Shown here piece after piece: positions 28,749 through 37,635 of a DNA stretch of 64,000 nucleotides. Under the pieces are notes generated by a model, which did not search any database, was not told where the DNA came from, and saw only the letters and a list, made by a program, of their open reading frames with translations. Origin of the DNA: an uncultured Eubacteriales bacterium (GTDB lineage Bacteria > Bacillota_I > Bacilli_A > RFN20 > CAG-288). Numbering within the stretch: position 1 is the stretch's first letter; every line of letters begins with the position of its first letter. The stretch is from contig ONBI01000007.1 of NCBI GenBank assembly GCA_900316035.1, positions 988 through 64,987 on the forward strand, written 5' to 3'. Made by a program: the position numbers and the translations under genes.

Positions 28749-29742
28749 AGAGACGTTCAAAAAAGAAGAACCGGTCTGTGCCAAGCTTTTCTATCAGTCC
28801 AGGAAAAGCGACCGCCTTGCAGGAGCTTATCTTCTTTATGGACCGAAGAACGCCCCTTTAAAAGAGGTCGCTCTCTATTTAGCGCAGTCTCTCAACTGCG
28901 AAAAAGATCTTCTCGCCTGTAACGAATGCCCTTCCTGCAAACGTTTTTTAGCCGGAGTCAGACCCGACTTTCTTTTCCTCGATGGCGAAAAAGAGAGAAT
29001 CAAGAAAGACAGCATCAAAGACTTGGAAAAGCGTTTTTCCTATTCTGCCTTAGAGAAAGGTCATCGCCTTGTCTATGTGATCCACCATGTGGAAAACATC
29101 ACCGACGAAGCGGCAAACGCTTTATTGAAATTCTTAGAGGAACCGAAAGCCGGTCAGGTTGCATTCTTAACCACCGATAATCCGACCCAGGTTCTTAAAA
29201 CGATTCTTTCCCGTTCTATCTCCGTTCCTTTGGTCCCTTATGGAACAAAAGAATTTGAAAAAGCACTTCTTGAAAAAGAATTCACTTCTCCGGAAGGAGA
29301 GATACCGATTCATCTTTCGGCTGGGGAAGCTTATTACTTAAGTCGGAATATGGCTTCCATGGAAGATGTCGAGAACTTATTGCAAACCGATTCTTCCTTC
29401 CGGGAAGGCTTTTCCATAGCGGAAAACTTTGCTAATACCTATGTCACTTCCTATCGGGATGCTGCCTTTGGCCTTCTTTCACAAGTCGCCCAAAGCAAAG
29501 AGCCTAGGTGTTATAATTGGATAGTCGAAATTCTGCATTTCCTCTTTTCCTCCGCCCTTATCGGAAATCAAGAAGAGAATCCTTTCTCCGACTTACTTAG
29601 TTCCTTGCAGAAAAAGAAAGACGCTCTCCAGAGAGGAGAGGAAGTTTGTAAAGACGCCATTACAGGGGCAAGCCTCAACTATAATCCTACCCTTATGCTC
29701 AGCCGCCTTTTAGTCGCCTTAGAAGAGAGGAGTAAACGATGA
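28741..29742 (+). CDS. holB: DNA polymerase III subunit delta'
   Basis: AAA+ clamp-loader fold lacking an intact P-loop (LLYGPKNAPLKEVAL), Zn motif C..C…C..C. Positioned after tmk as in Bacilli. Confidence 0.7.
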   Translation: MDKETFKKEEPVCAKLFYQSRKSDRLAGAYLLYGPKNAPLKEVALYLAQSLNCEKDLLACNECPSCKRFLAGVRPDFLFLDGEKERIKKDSIKDLEKRFSYSALEKGHRLVYVIHHVENITDEAANALLKFLEEPKAGQVAFLTTDNPTQVLKTILSRSISVPLVPYGTKEFEKALLEKEFTSPEGEIPIHLSAGEAYYLSRNMASMEDVENLLQTDSSFREGFSIAENFANTYVTSYRDAAFGLLSQVAQSKEPRCYNWIVEILHFLFSSALIGNQEENPFSDLLSSLQKKKDALQRGEEVCKDAITGASLNYNPTLMLSRLLVALEERSKR

Positions 29743-31010
29743 TCACTCTATTAGGTATCCCCTTTGATTTTTCGGGGATGACATATTATCAGACGAACAA
29801 AGATATCGCTTTAGGAACTCCGGTGGTCTGCACAACCGACCACGGTACCTTCATCGGTAAAGTCTCTAAGATCCGCAAACCGACCGAGGAAGAAGCGAAG
29901 AAACCAGATTTCAACCGCATCTTCCCGCCGATTGACCGTATCGCCACTTTCTCCGATCTTTCTTTCTTAAGAGATGCCAAAGAAAGAGCGCAGGAAATCA
30001 CGAAAGAGACCCAGGCCCAAGCCACAAATCTCAAACTCAGCATGAAAGTGCTGAAAACCTATCTCGATGTCGATGACGATAAAGCTCTGATCACTTTTAC
30101 CAGTGATGGCAGAGTCGATTTCCGTGAGCTTGTCCGCATCCTTTCCGGAGAGTTCCATCTCCATATCGAGCTCCGTCAGATCGGTCCGAGAGACCAAGCC
30201 AAATTAGTCGGTGGCATCGGTCCTTGCGGACTTCCGCTTTGCTGCACGACTTTCCTTTCTTCTTTCGATGGTATCTCCATTGCAATGGCAAAGAATCAGC
30301 TTTTAGCAATCAACATCCCGAAGCTTTCCGGACAGTGCGGAAAACTGATGTGCTGTCTCAAGTTTGAAGACGAAGCCTATGCGAAGATCCGTCCTCTCTA
30401 TCCGAAGATCGGAGAGAAGTTCACTTATAACAACAAGACCTATCAGGTCACGGGCCTCAATCTTTTGACAGATACTATCACCACCTATAACGGAGATAGT
30501 TACGAATCCTTCACCAAGGAAGAATATGAGCGTGTCAAGAAAGGCTTAGCTAAGGTCGATGAAACTACGCTAGAGACCATAAAGGATGTCAATGCAGGCG
30601 TCGATCTTTCCGGCCATGGTATCAAGGATACCAATAACCGTATCGCTCAGATCAAGAAGAGCGAAGCCAAACACATGGAAGATCTGAAGAACAAGACCGC
30701 TCCGCATTCTTCCCAGCCTTCCCGTAACAACAACTTCAATCGTCATGGAAACGTTGCTTCTTCTCAGCAGCCTCGTAATAACGGAAGACCGAATCCGAAT
30801 AACAACAGTAACCGTTCCTTCCATGGTTCTAAGAACCACAGCTACGGCGGAAATACACACACCAACCGAAACAACAATTTCCATGGAAGCAAAGGTAACT
30901 TCCATAACAGCACTCCGGTCAAAAAAGAATCCGGTTTTATTCCGGTCAGCCAGATTGCCGATAAATCCGTTCTCGATGTCAAACCTGTGAAGAAAGATGA
31001 TCAGAAATAA
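29739..31010 (+). CDS. PSP1-domain protein (YaaT/RicT-like) with Asn-rich low-complexity C-terminal tail
   Basis: PSP1 C-terminal domain (ELVRILSGEFHLHIELRQIG, CCLKFE). Position between holB and rsmI matches B. subtilis yaaT. The last ~130 aa are N/S/H-rich. Confidence 0.75.
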   Translation: MITLLGIPFDFSGMTYYQTNKDIALGTPVVCTTDHGTFIGKVSKIRKPTEEEAKKPDFNRIFPPIDRIATFSDLSFLRDAKERAQEITKETQAQATNLKLSMKVLKTYLDVDDDKALITFTSDGRVDFRELVRILSGEFHLHIELRQIGPRDQAKLVGGIGPCGLPLCCTTFLSSFDGISIAMAKNQLLAINIPKLSGQCGKLMCCLKFEDEAYAKIRPLYPKIGEKFTYNNKTYQVTGLNLLTDTITTYNGDSYESFTKEEYERVKKGLAKVDETTLETIKDVNAGVDLSGHGIKDTNNRIAQIKKSEAKHMEDLKNKTAPHSSQPSRNNNFNRHGNVASSQQPRNNGRPNPNNNSNRSFHGSKNHSYGGNTHTNRNNNFHGSKGNFHNSTPVKKESGFIPVSQIADKSVLDVKPVKKDDQK

Positions 31011-31857
31011 TCCGAATCAGAATAAGGAAAACGGCTTGATCGGTCTGGTGACGACGCCGATCGGAAACATCGACGACATCACTTTAAGAGCGCTCCGTTT
31101 TCTCAAAGAAGCCGATATCATCGCCTGTGAGGATACCCGTAATACGGGTCTCCTTCTTTCTAGACTCAATATTAAGCCGAAAAAGCTTGTTTCTCTCTAC
31201 GCTCAGACCGAGAAGAAGCAATCGAAAGAACTGGTCGAAGAAGTAAAGAAAGGGAAGCTGACTCTCGCCTATTGTTCCGATGCCGGAATGCCCGGAATCT
31301 CCGATCCCGGAGCTTTACTGGTTCAGCAAGCTTATGAACAGGGAGTCGCCGTTACGATTCTTCCTGGACCCACCGCTTCTTTATCCGCTTTGGTTCTTTC
31401 CGGAATCGATAGCGCGGATTTCTCTTTCTATGGTTTCTTACCTACGAAAGATTCGCAGGAAAAGACTTTCCTCTCCCGTCTTAAGGATAGAGAAGAGACT
31501 CTTATCTTTTATGAATCTCCCAAGAGAATCAAAAAGACGTTATCTCTGATGGAAGGCATCTTCGGAGAGTATAGAGAAGTTTCTTTGATTCGGGAACTCA
31601 CGAAGATCCATGAAGAAGTAATCCATGGAACCTTAAAAGAAATCAACTCCACTTCTATTGAAGAAAAAGGCGAATGCGTCATCGTCGTCAAAGGCGAGAC
31701 CAAGAAAGAGTCTCTCAGCGAAGAAGAAGTAAAGAAGCTTCTCAAGAGCGGATTAAAAGAAGGTAAGACCTTATCTGCCTTAGCCAAAGAGATTGCTTCC
31801 TCCTATCCGATCAGCAAGAACGAAGTCTATCGGATCGGGTTAGAGATGAAGAAATAA
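30997..31857 (+). CDS. rsmI: 16S rRNA (cytidine1402-2'-O)-methyltransferase
   Basis: Tetrapyrrole-methylase-fold N-terminus (LIGLVTTPIGNIDDITLRALRFLKEADIIACEDTR). Confidence 0.85.
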   Translation: MIRNNPNQNKENGLIGLVTTPIGNIDDITLRALRFLKEADIIACEDTRNTGLLLSRLNIKPKKLVSLYAQTEKKQSKELVEEVKKGKLTLAYCSDAGMPGISDPGALLVQQAYEQGVAVTILPGPTASLSALVLSGIDSADFSFYGFLPTKDSQEKTFLSRLKDREETLIFYESPKRIKKTLSLMEGIFGEYREVSLIRELTKIHEEVIHGTLKEINSTSIEEKGECVIVVKGETKKESLSEEEVKKLLKSGLKEGKTLSALAKEIASSYPISKNEVYRIGLEMKK

Positions 31858-31904
31858 AGACATGTAAAAGTCAAAGCCAATAATTCTTTCTTGTGATTGC
31901 TAGA

Positions 31905-33224
31905 TTATTTACTTTGATTTGAGTCTTGGGGAACATTCAAGAGTACCCAAACTCCATTCTTCTTACTACCTTTCCTTTGAAGAATTCCCTGTTCCTTCAA
32001 GGAACGAAGGATACTACTGATATAACTCCTGGAAAAGTCCGTAATATCTTCCAAATCAGAAACCTTCGCGGTTGGATTATCCCGTAGTGCAACGGCCACC
32101 TTCTTTTCCGCCGGTTTTAAAAGGGATTCCTTTGCATCCGCTGTTTCTTGATTATCTTCTTTTGTGAAAGGAATCGTGACGTTTATGTAGTTGTCCATGA
32201 TATCGAAGGCTTGTTTCCCATAGTTGCTAATAATCAAAGGAATACCATGACCTGTCTGTTCCACATAGCCTAACTGAGCAAAGATTTTCTGCAACTTAAA
32301 GTTGATAGGACGACTGATACCTTTATAGAATTCATCCTTGGTTAAATCAGAAGGTAAGCCACCTGTAGAAATAATTTCGATGCGATCTGAGAAAATATAG
32401 ACTGCCGGAGGGTTTCCTTTGTCCCAGCGGGTATGGATGCAGGCATTCTGCCAAGCCTCTTTAAAACTTGCCATATCAAATAGCTTTTCTTCAATCCTTT
32501 GATTGTTGGTCATCGTAACCCGAGTGGTATTAATCGATGCCACATAGTTAGTTACCATTTCCATGGACTGAATCAAGCAGGTTCCACCATATTCGTTGCG
32601 ACTAACAAGAGAGGTCTTATCTTTACCGGCAAACGTGACTACTTTTATCGAGACATCATTGACATCCGCCAAAAGGTAAGCCATCAAGTTGTATTTTCCC
32701 GTCTCGTTTTTCAAACCCATATTCGTCTCAAATGTAAAAGGATTTACCGTCAAACCAGCATTAGTAAAGTACATCTTCAACTTATTGAAAGTGAGCCCCT
32801 GAACTGGGGAATCAAGATGAGTCAGAACATCAGAAGAAACCGATCGACTAAGCAATTCCTTCAAAGCGGATGGCGATAACTCACGATCTTCATCCGCAGA
32901 CCGCATATAGTAACGACCAAATGCAGAATATGGGAAATCATTTCCTCTGACTTCGATTCGAATAACATTTTTATCATCTAATAACTTCAACTCAATGGTA
33001 GGAATGACTTGTGGCTTAATATTATTGGCAATAGCTTGAGAAATTTCTCTTAGCGTCCTATCACCAATCTGTTGACCGATGACATCACCATCATTTTTAA
33101 TGCCAAAATAGAGAACACCATAAGCATTTTTATTCAGCATAGAAGATAAAGAAACCAATCCTTCTTTTAGTTCGCTGGTAGATTTCTTGAATTCAATCTG
33201 TTCTGTCTCTGTTCCTAAGTTCAT
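31905..33224 (-). CDS. Schlafen-like AlbA_2 / HATPase_c_4 / C-terminal wHTH protein (COG2865-type putative regulator or defence protein)
   Basis: The N-terminal divergent AAA/AlbA_2 domain (EQIEFKKSTSELKEGLVSLSSMLNKNAYGVLYFGIKNDGDVIG) is followed by a RecG-C-like ATPase-like domain and a terminal HTH (SYISSILRSLKEQGIL). AT-rich codon usage compared with its neighbours. Confidence 0.65.
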   Translation of the reverse strand: MNLGTETEQIEFKKSTSELKEGLVSLSSMLNKNAYGVLYFGIKNDGDVIGQQIGDRTLREISQAIANNIKPQVIPTIELKLLDDKNVIRIEVRGNDFPYSAFGRYYMRSADEDRELSPSALKELLSRSVSSDVLTHLDSPVQGLTFNKLKMYFTNAGLTVNPFTFETNMGLKNETGKYNLMAYLLADVNDVSIKVVTFAGKDKTSLVSRNEYGGTCLIQSMEMVTNYVASINTTRVTMTNNQRIEEKLFDMASFKEAWQNACIHTRWDKGNPPAVYIFSDRIEIISTGGLPSDLTKDEFYKGISRPINFKLQKIFAQLGYVEQTGHGIPLIISNYGKQAFDIMDNYINVTIPFTKEDNQETADAKESLLKPAEKKVAVALRDNPTAKVSDLEDITDFSRSYISSILRSLKEQGILQRKGSKKNGVWVLLNVPQDSNQSK

Positions 33225-33279
33225 TTTACCGTCTCCTCTCTTCTAAGCCCTATAAAGAGTTTAGCACAAATTCTTTTTA

Positions 33280-33418
33280 AGTCCACTTTATAGTACACTT
33301 TTTAGTACTATTAGTCCACTTTATAGTACACTATAGGCCAAAAATAAAGAAAACGAAAAGCAAAAAATCCCATAATTACGTGGCTTTTTCATTTTTTGCC
33401 GTCTACTTTATAGTACAC
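33280..33418. repeat. three direct copies of 18-bp motif GTCCACTTTATAGTACAC (33280-33297, 33314-33331, 33401-33418; third copy 1 mismatch)
   Basis: Read directly in the sequence. Located in the 297-bp spacer between the ATPase gene stop and the AlbA_2 gene start. The copy nearest the start overlaps a TATAAA -10-like element on the minus strand. Confidence 0.8.
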
Positions 33419-33521
33419 TAGTTCGGATACGAACAGTGGATAATAAAGACTTTAAGAGGATGACGTCAGTGTCATATTTTTAACCCAAATCGTTTTGAGC
33501 CAAACGCTTTTGCGTAACCAA

Positions 33522-34916
33522 TTACTTCCCTTCGCACGCATAAAAATCTTCTAACGAGTAGCCGAGTTTATTTTTCTGTTGAAAGCTCTCCGTAAACCCT
33601 GTCTTAGAAATATACCCAAGCCGATAGAAAGGAAGCAGAGAAGAACCGGTTTGACTCTCTTCTTCTTTGGCTACCTCTTCACCAATAGGTTCTTTTCTAT
33701 ATTTGCATTCGTAAGAAGTAAAACCTGTTTTATCTTTCGTTACAACATCGAATGGAAGGTTTACACGATTCGTTTTGTCATTATAGGAATAGGTTCCGAT
33801 TTGATAAAAAGGAGGTTTGATCTTTCCTTCCCTGTTCTTTCGAATGAGGAATTCTTTGGAGACCTCTTCAAAAAGTAGAGGAAGATATTGCGTCTCTAAA
33901 TCCTCTTTAATCACTTCCCTGAAATAGTTTTCCGGTCCCATCAGATCTCGCGAAGCAAAAGAAGAAAGAATATAGCGGTAATAGAAATGCAGCAGATTAT
34001 CTTGGAACGAATAGAAAGTCAGCTTTCGATTATCCGGTTCATTGATTGGGGTAACTTTCGTTAAGATACCAAGCCCAACCCCTTTCTCTAACGCATACTC
34101 GGGTCGAGCATCTTTTCCTAAGACAGAAAGAATGTCGCTGAACTTTCTTTTGCCTCTGCCGATTAAAGCAAGTACCGAGTTAAGTCCCTCGACTTTGCTG
34201 ACTTCCGCATTTACGGTCTCTTTGACAAAAAGATCAAGAATGCTGTCCGGTCTGCAATACAAGCGGATAATATTCTCTTCGACACTCTTCTTCGGATCAC
34301 AAAGAGAAAGAGCATAGGGTAGACCAGAGAAGCAAGCATAGGCTTTGAATTTCTCTTCCGCGGAATAATCTGGGAAGAACAAGGAAGCATCGTAATAATC
34401 AAATTCTTTTATCTTCAGCGCCTGATCGAATCTTCCGTGTAAGGGACGATTTTTCTCAATCATCTTCTCTAACATATCGACATAACTGCCGGAGACAATC
34501 AGTTTCAGATGGCATTGGGTATTTCGATATTTATCGATGACTTTCGCTAGGCTTGCATCCGCTCCGTCTTCTCCTCCTAAAGGAAGATAAGAGAACTCAT
34601 CTAAGACCAAGACGATCTTCTGTTTCATCGCCTGGGAAAAGACCGCTTCAAAAGCTTCCTCTAAGTTTGAGAAATGAACATAGCTCGGAAGAGAAAGCTT
34701 CTCCTTGATAAGGTTTTCTAGCGCTCTTATATTCAAAGGCAAAACAACTTCCTTTGCTTCAAAAGGAAGAAGAAGCCCATCAATTTTCTTAGTTGCTTCC
34801 TTGATCAACTCACTTTTTCCGACTCGTCTTCTTCCATAGATGAGACAGGCTTTGAAGTCATCTCCTTCCAATAGTTCCGAAAGGATTCCCAGTTCTTCTT
34901 TTCTTCCGACAAACAT
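33522..34916 (-). CDS. AAA+ ATPase of the Arch_ATPase/DUF234 family (COG1672-type)
   Basis: Walker A YGRRRVGKSEL, Walker B LVLDEF, with a DUF234-like C-terminal half. AT-rich. Confidence 0.65.
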   Translation of the reverse strand: MFVGRKEELGILSELLEGDDFKACLIYGRRRVGKSELIKEATKKIDGLLLPFEAKEVVLPLNIRALENLIKEKLSLPSYVHFSNLEEAFEAVFSQAMKQKIVLVLDEFSYLPLGGEDGADASLAKVIDKYRNTQCHLKLIVSGSYVDMLEKMIEKNRPLHGRFDQALKIKEFDYYDASLFFPDYSAEEKFKAYACFSGLPYALSLCDPKKSVEENIIRLYCRPDSILDLFVKETVNAEVSKVEGLNSVLALIGRGKRKFSDILSVLGKDARPEYALEKGVGLGILTKVTPINEPDNRKLTFYSFQDNLLHFYYRYILSSFASRDLMGPENYFREVIKEDLETQYLPLLFEEVSKEFLIRKNREGKIKPPFYQIGTYSYNDKTNRVNLPFDVVTKDKTGFTSYECKYRKEPIGEEVAKEEESQTGSSLLPFYRLGYISKTGFTESFQQKNKLGYSLEDFYACEGK

Positions 34917-35085
34917 AGATACGTCTCCTTGTATCTACTATACACAAATATTTTTGGGTCAAATACTTTTGTGTAAAAATATTGCCTGATTTATCGCCAT
35001 TCTGAAGGGTCAGAGAACATTCTTTCCACCGAAAAAGCCTTGCTCTCTGGCTGATTAAAGCCAAAGAAACAAGGCTATCTTTTTA

Positions 35086-35931
35086 TTACTTATCCTTATC
35101 CACCTGTGCGTAATGAAGCTTATAGAGTTTATCTAACGGAGCAATCTTATCGATCAGAAGCTTTGCGATTCTATCGATCTCAGAGTTCTCACTATAATCC
35201 GCTTCACAATAGAAATCGACACGATGATCGTCGAAGAGTTTCTTTGCCGAAGTCGTCTTATGCGGAGCATAGACCGCAATGGAAGTTCCACCATTGCCAC
35301 GGACCAGTTTCATACAAGGGACATCGGTAAGACCATCGGCGATATAAATCATATTCGTCCACGGAATCGGTTTATCTTCATCCGGCATCGAAGCATTCAC
35401 CTTATCGTTCTCAGCAGGATCCAATACGCCTTTGTTGATACGATAGAGGAACTGGGTTTTCGTCGTATAGTTGATAACGGATTTCGGCCAGACCGCTGAA
35501 CCGTTCTCATCGTAGAGATATTCGCAGGCATAGACCTTCTTGAAGAAAGGATAGATATCACTGCCTTCGATGATCTCTTCGTTTCCGGAAGAGATGACGT
35601 AGTGCTGTACTTCTACGCCTTTCGTCTTTCCGTATTCATCCAATCTTCTGAACCAGTCTTTGACGCCAGGAAAGAACTGGATATCTTTTCCTAGCTGAAC
35701 AAAGGCTTCTCTATTGATAGGAAGATTTCTCTTTTTGGACTCCTGAATCATCAGGTACATATAGGCAAGAAGTGGATCCATATGTTTTTTCTTCGAGAGC
35801 TCGTTAGCACTCTTCCAGAACTCACTGGGATTCAGATGCAAAGAAGGAATAAAAGAATAGTTCTGCATATCGGTTGTGCAGAGCGTGTGATCGAAATCGT
35901 AGATAAAGGCAACGATTGTTTTCTTCGTCAT
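35086..35931 (-). CDS. HAD-superfamily hydrolase (nucleotidase-like)
   Basis: HAD motif I DFDHTL near the N-terminus. The likely start is ATG 35929-35931 after AAGAGGA. The track's longer N-terminus (MRRFLFLFF…) is probably spurious. Confidence 0.6.
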   Translation of the reverse strand: MTKKTIVAFIYDFDHTLCTTDMQNYSFIPSLHLNPSEFWKSANELSKKKHMDPLLAYMYLMIQESKKRNLPINREAFVQLGKDIQFFPGVKDWFRRLDEYGKTKGVEVQHYVISSGNEEIIEGSDIYPFFKKVYACEYLYDENGSAVWPKSVINYTTKTQFLYRINKGVLDPAENDKVNASMPDEDKPIPWTNMIYIADGLTDVPCMKLVRGNGGTSIAVYAPHKTTSAKKLFDDHRVDFYCEADYSENSEIDRIAKLLIDKIAPLDKLYKLHYAQVDKDK

Positions 35932-36202
35932 AGTCTTATCCTCTTTGGGGATAGTATAAAACAGCTTTTCCGATAAAACAATTTCTGCTTCTTTTTCGAA
36001 AGTACGATGGGAAAAGAGTAAGAAAAAGAGGAAAAGAAATCTCCTCAAGAGAAGAAATATGCCACATATTGTTTAGAAAACAAGAAGGCTCTGAAACACG
36101 ATTCCTATCGGCTTTTAGAAGTATTTTCTAGCGATGAACTTTAAAACAGGATTCTAGGAAGCAACGCCAAGAAGGTTCTATAATAGAAGTAGGAGGGATT
36201 CT

Positions 36203-36499
36203 ATGCTGAAAACCTGTCCTTATTGCGGAGAGAAATACGAAGAAGGGAACTTCACTTGTCCTCATTGCAAAAAGAGATTACCTTCCGTTGCTTCCGAAAA
36301 TATCACCGGCCATGCAAGTTCCGGAGATATGGATGCCTACTTGAAGAAAGCAGAACAGACCTTGAGCAAGAAGAGCACCATCTCCGAAGAAGATAGAGAA
36401 ATGATCCGCGATAATAATCACGCCACTTCCGGTGACGATGATATCGATTGTGCGCAGCCTTATTCCTTTGTCGAACACGATAACGGAGATAGAAATTAA
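36203..36499 (+). CDS. small zinc-ribbon protein
   Basis: 98 aa. CPYCG…CPHC ribbon followed by an acidic tail. GGAGGG SD and a TATAAT at 36180. Confidence 0.45.
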   Translation: MLKTCPYCGEKYEEGNFTCPHCKKRLPSVASENITGHASSGDMDAYLKKAEQTLSKKSTISEEDREMIRDNNHATSGDDDIDCAQPYSFVEHDNGDRN

Positions 36500-36550
36500 T
36501 CTATTATAGTGTCAATAATTAACACTTTAAAATTGAGATAATAGAAAAGC

Positions 36551-36592
36551 GACGGAACCGATGAAGCTCTGTCGCTTTTTGCTGTTTTACTT
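36551..36592. terminator. bidirectional intrinsic terminator
   Basis: AGCGACGGAAC…CTGTCGCT stem flanked by an A-run and a T-run. Lies between convergent genes. Confidence 0.5.
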
Positions 36593-37564
36593 TAATCCAA
36601 GGTAGGCAAGTGTTTCATTGCTTGCTTCCACCGCTTCTTTCTCACTATTGCCGTTAACATGATGAAGAATCATCAGAGTAGTAAGAACAATCAGAGGAAT
36701 CAGGGCGATGATAGTGTTACGCGCCATCCGGAACTTCTCTTTACGCCAGCTTTTCACGGTCATCTCTTTCACCTTCGGAACCGAAAGAATATTCAGAACG
36801 ACAACCGAAGTGAAATAAATGAAATAGAAATTGAGGAAGAAGAGATAGAAAGCCTGACCTAACATGACCCATTGGCTATTGGCTAAGGAATAACCGACAA
36901 CACAGAGAGGAGGCATGATGGCGGTTGCGATAGCAACGCCAGGGATGACGTTATTGTATTCGCCTTTTCTCGTCTGTCCGATGATGCCGGCAATACCGCC
37001 GAAGATAGCAATCAATACATCGTACCAACTCGGGTTCGTACGGGCGATAATCTGTGCCGTAGGGGCTTTGATTGGGCTGCAGAGGAAGTAGATACAGGAG
37101 AAAGTGATTGAAATCACAACCTGAACAACGAAGCCGGCGGTACCTCTACGGAAAATATTGATATCCGCACTAGCGGTACCATAAGCCATCATGAGAATTC
37201 GGTTCATCAAAGGAGAGATGAGCATCGCACCGATGATAGCGGCGATGGAATCGGTATTAAGGCCGACCGAAGCGATGATGATGGCACAGACCATGATGAC
37301 CATGTTCGTGCCAGTGAACTTCGCACCAGAAAGAATTCTCTCTTTGATTTCGGCATGAGTCGCCGTATCGTCCACAATGGAAAAAAGATGACGGAAGAAA
37401 TAACGCACATGGTCATACCAATGGGTGGATTTCTTCTCGTGTTCCAAGATAAAAGCATCGGCGACATCGATACTGGTATCGTCGGTAGGTTCTTTCTCCG
37501 TATCGTCTTTGACGACTAAGGATGACTTTTCTTCGTTCTGTTCTTTGTTTTCCTGAGGCTCCAT
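36587..37564 (-). CDS. DUF389/TIGR00341-family integral membrane protein
   Basis: 325 aa with an acidic N-terminus followed by a polytopic hydrophobic core. Confidence 0.5.
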   Translation of the reverse strand: MEPQENKEQNEEKSSLVVKDDTEKEPTDDTSIDVADAFILEHEKKSTHWYDHVRYFFRHLFSIVDDTATHAEIKERILSGAKFTGTNMVIMVCAIIIASVGLNTDSIAAIIGAMLISPLMNRILMMAYGTASADINIFRRGTAGFVVQVVISITFSCIYFLCSPIKAPTAQIIARTNPSWYDVLIAIFGGIAGIIGQTRKGEYNNVIPGVAIATAIMPPLCVVGYSLANSQWVMLGQAFYLFFLNFYFIYFTSVVVLNILSVPKVKEMTVKSWRKEKFRMARNTIIALIPLIVLTTLMILHHVNGNSEKEAVEASNETLAYLGLK

Positions 37565-37635
37565 TTTTCTGCCCTCGCTCTGAACAGAAAAATTATAACT
37601 TCATAGAGAGAAGAGAAAAGTAAAAAATTCGCTTT

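Noticed and set aside
35932-36048. N-terminal extension MRRFLFLFFLLFSHRT… on the HAD hydrolase ORF
   Set aside because: The extension is a low-complexity translation of an A/G-rich promoter region. A strong AAGAGGA SD precedes the internal ATG at 35931, from which the HAD motif DFDHTL begins.
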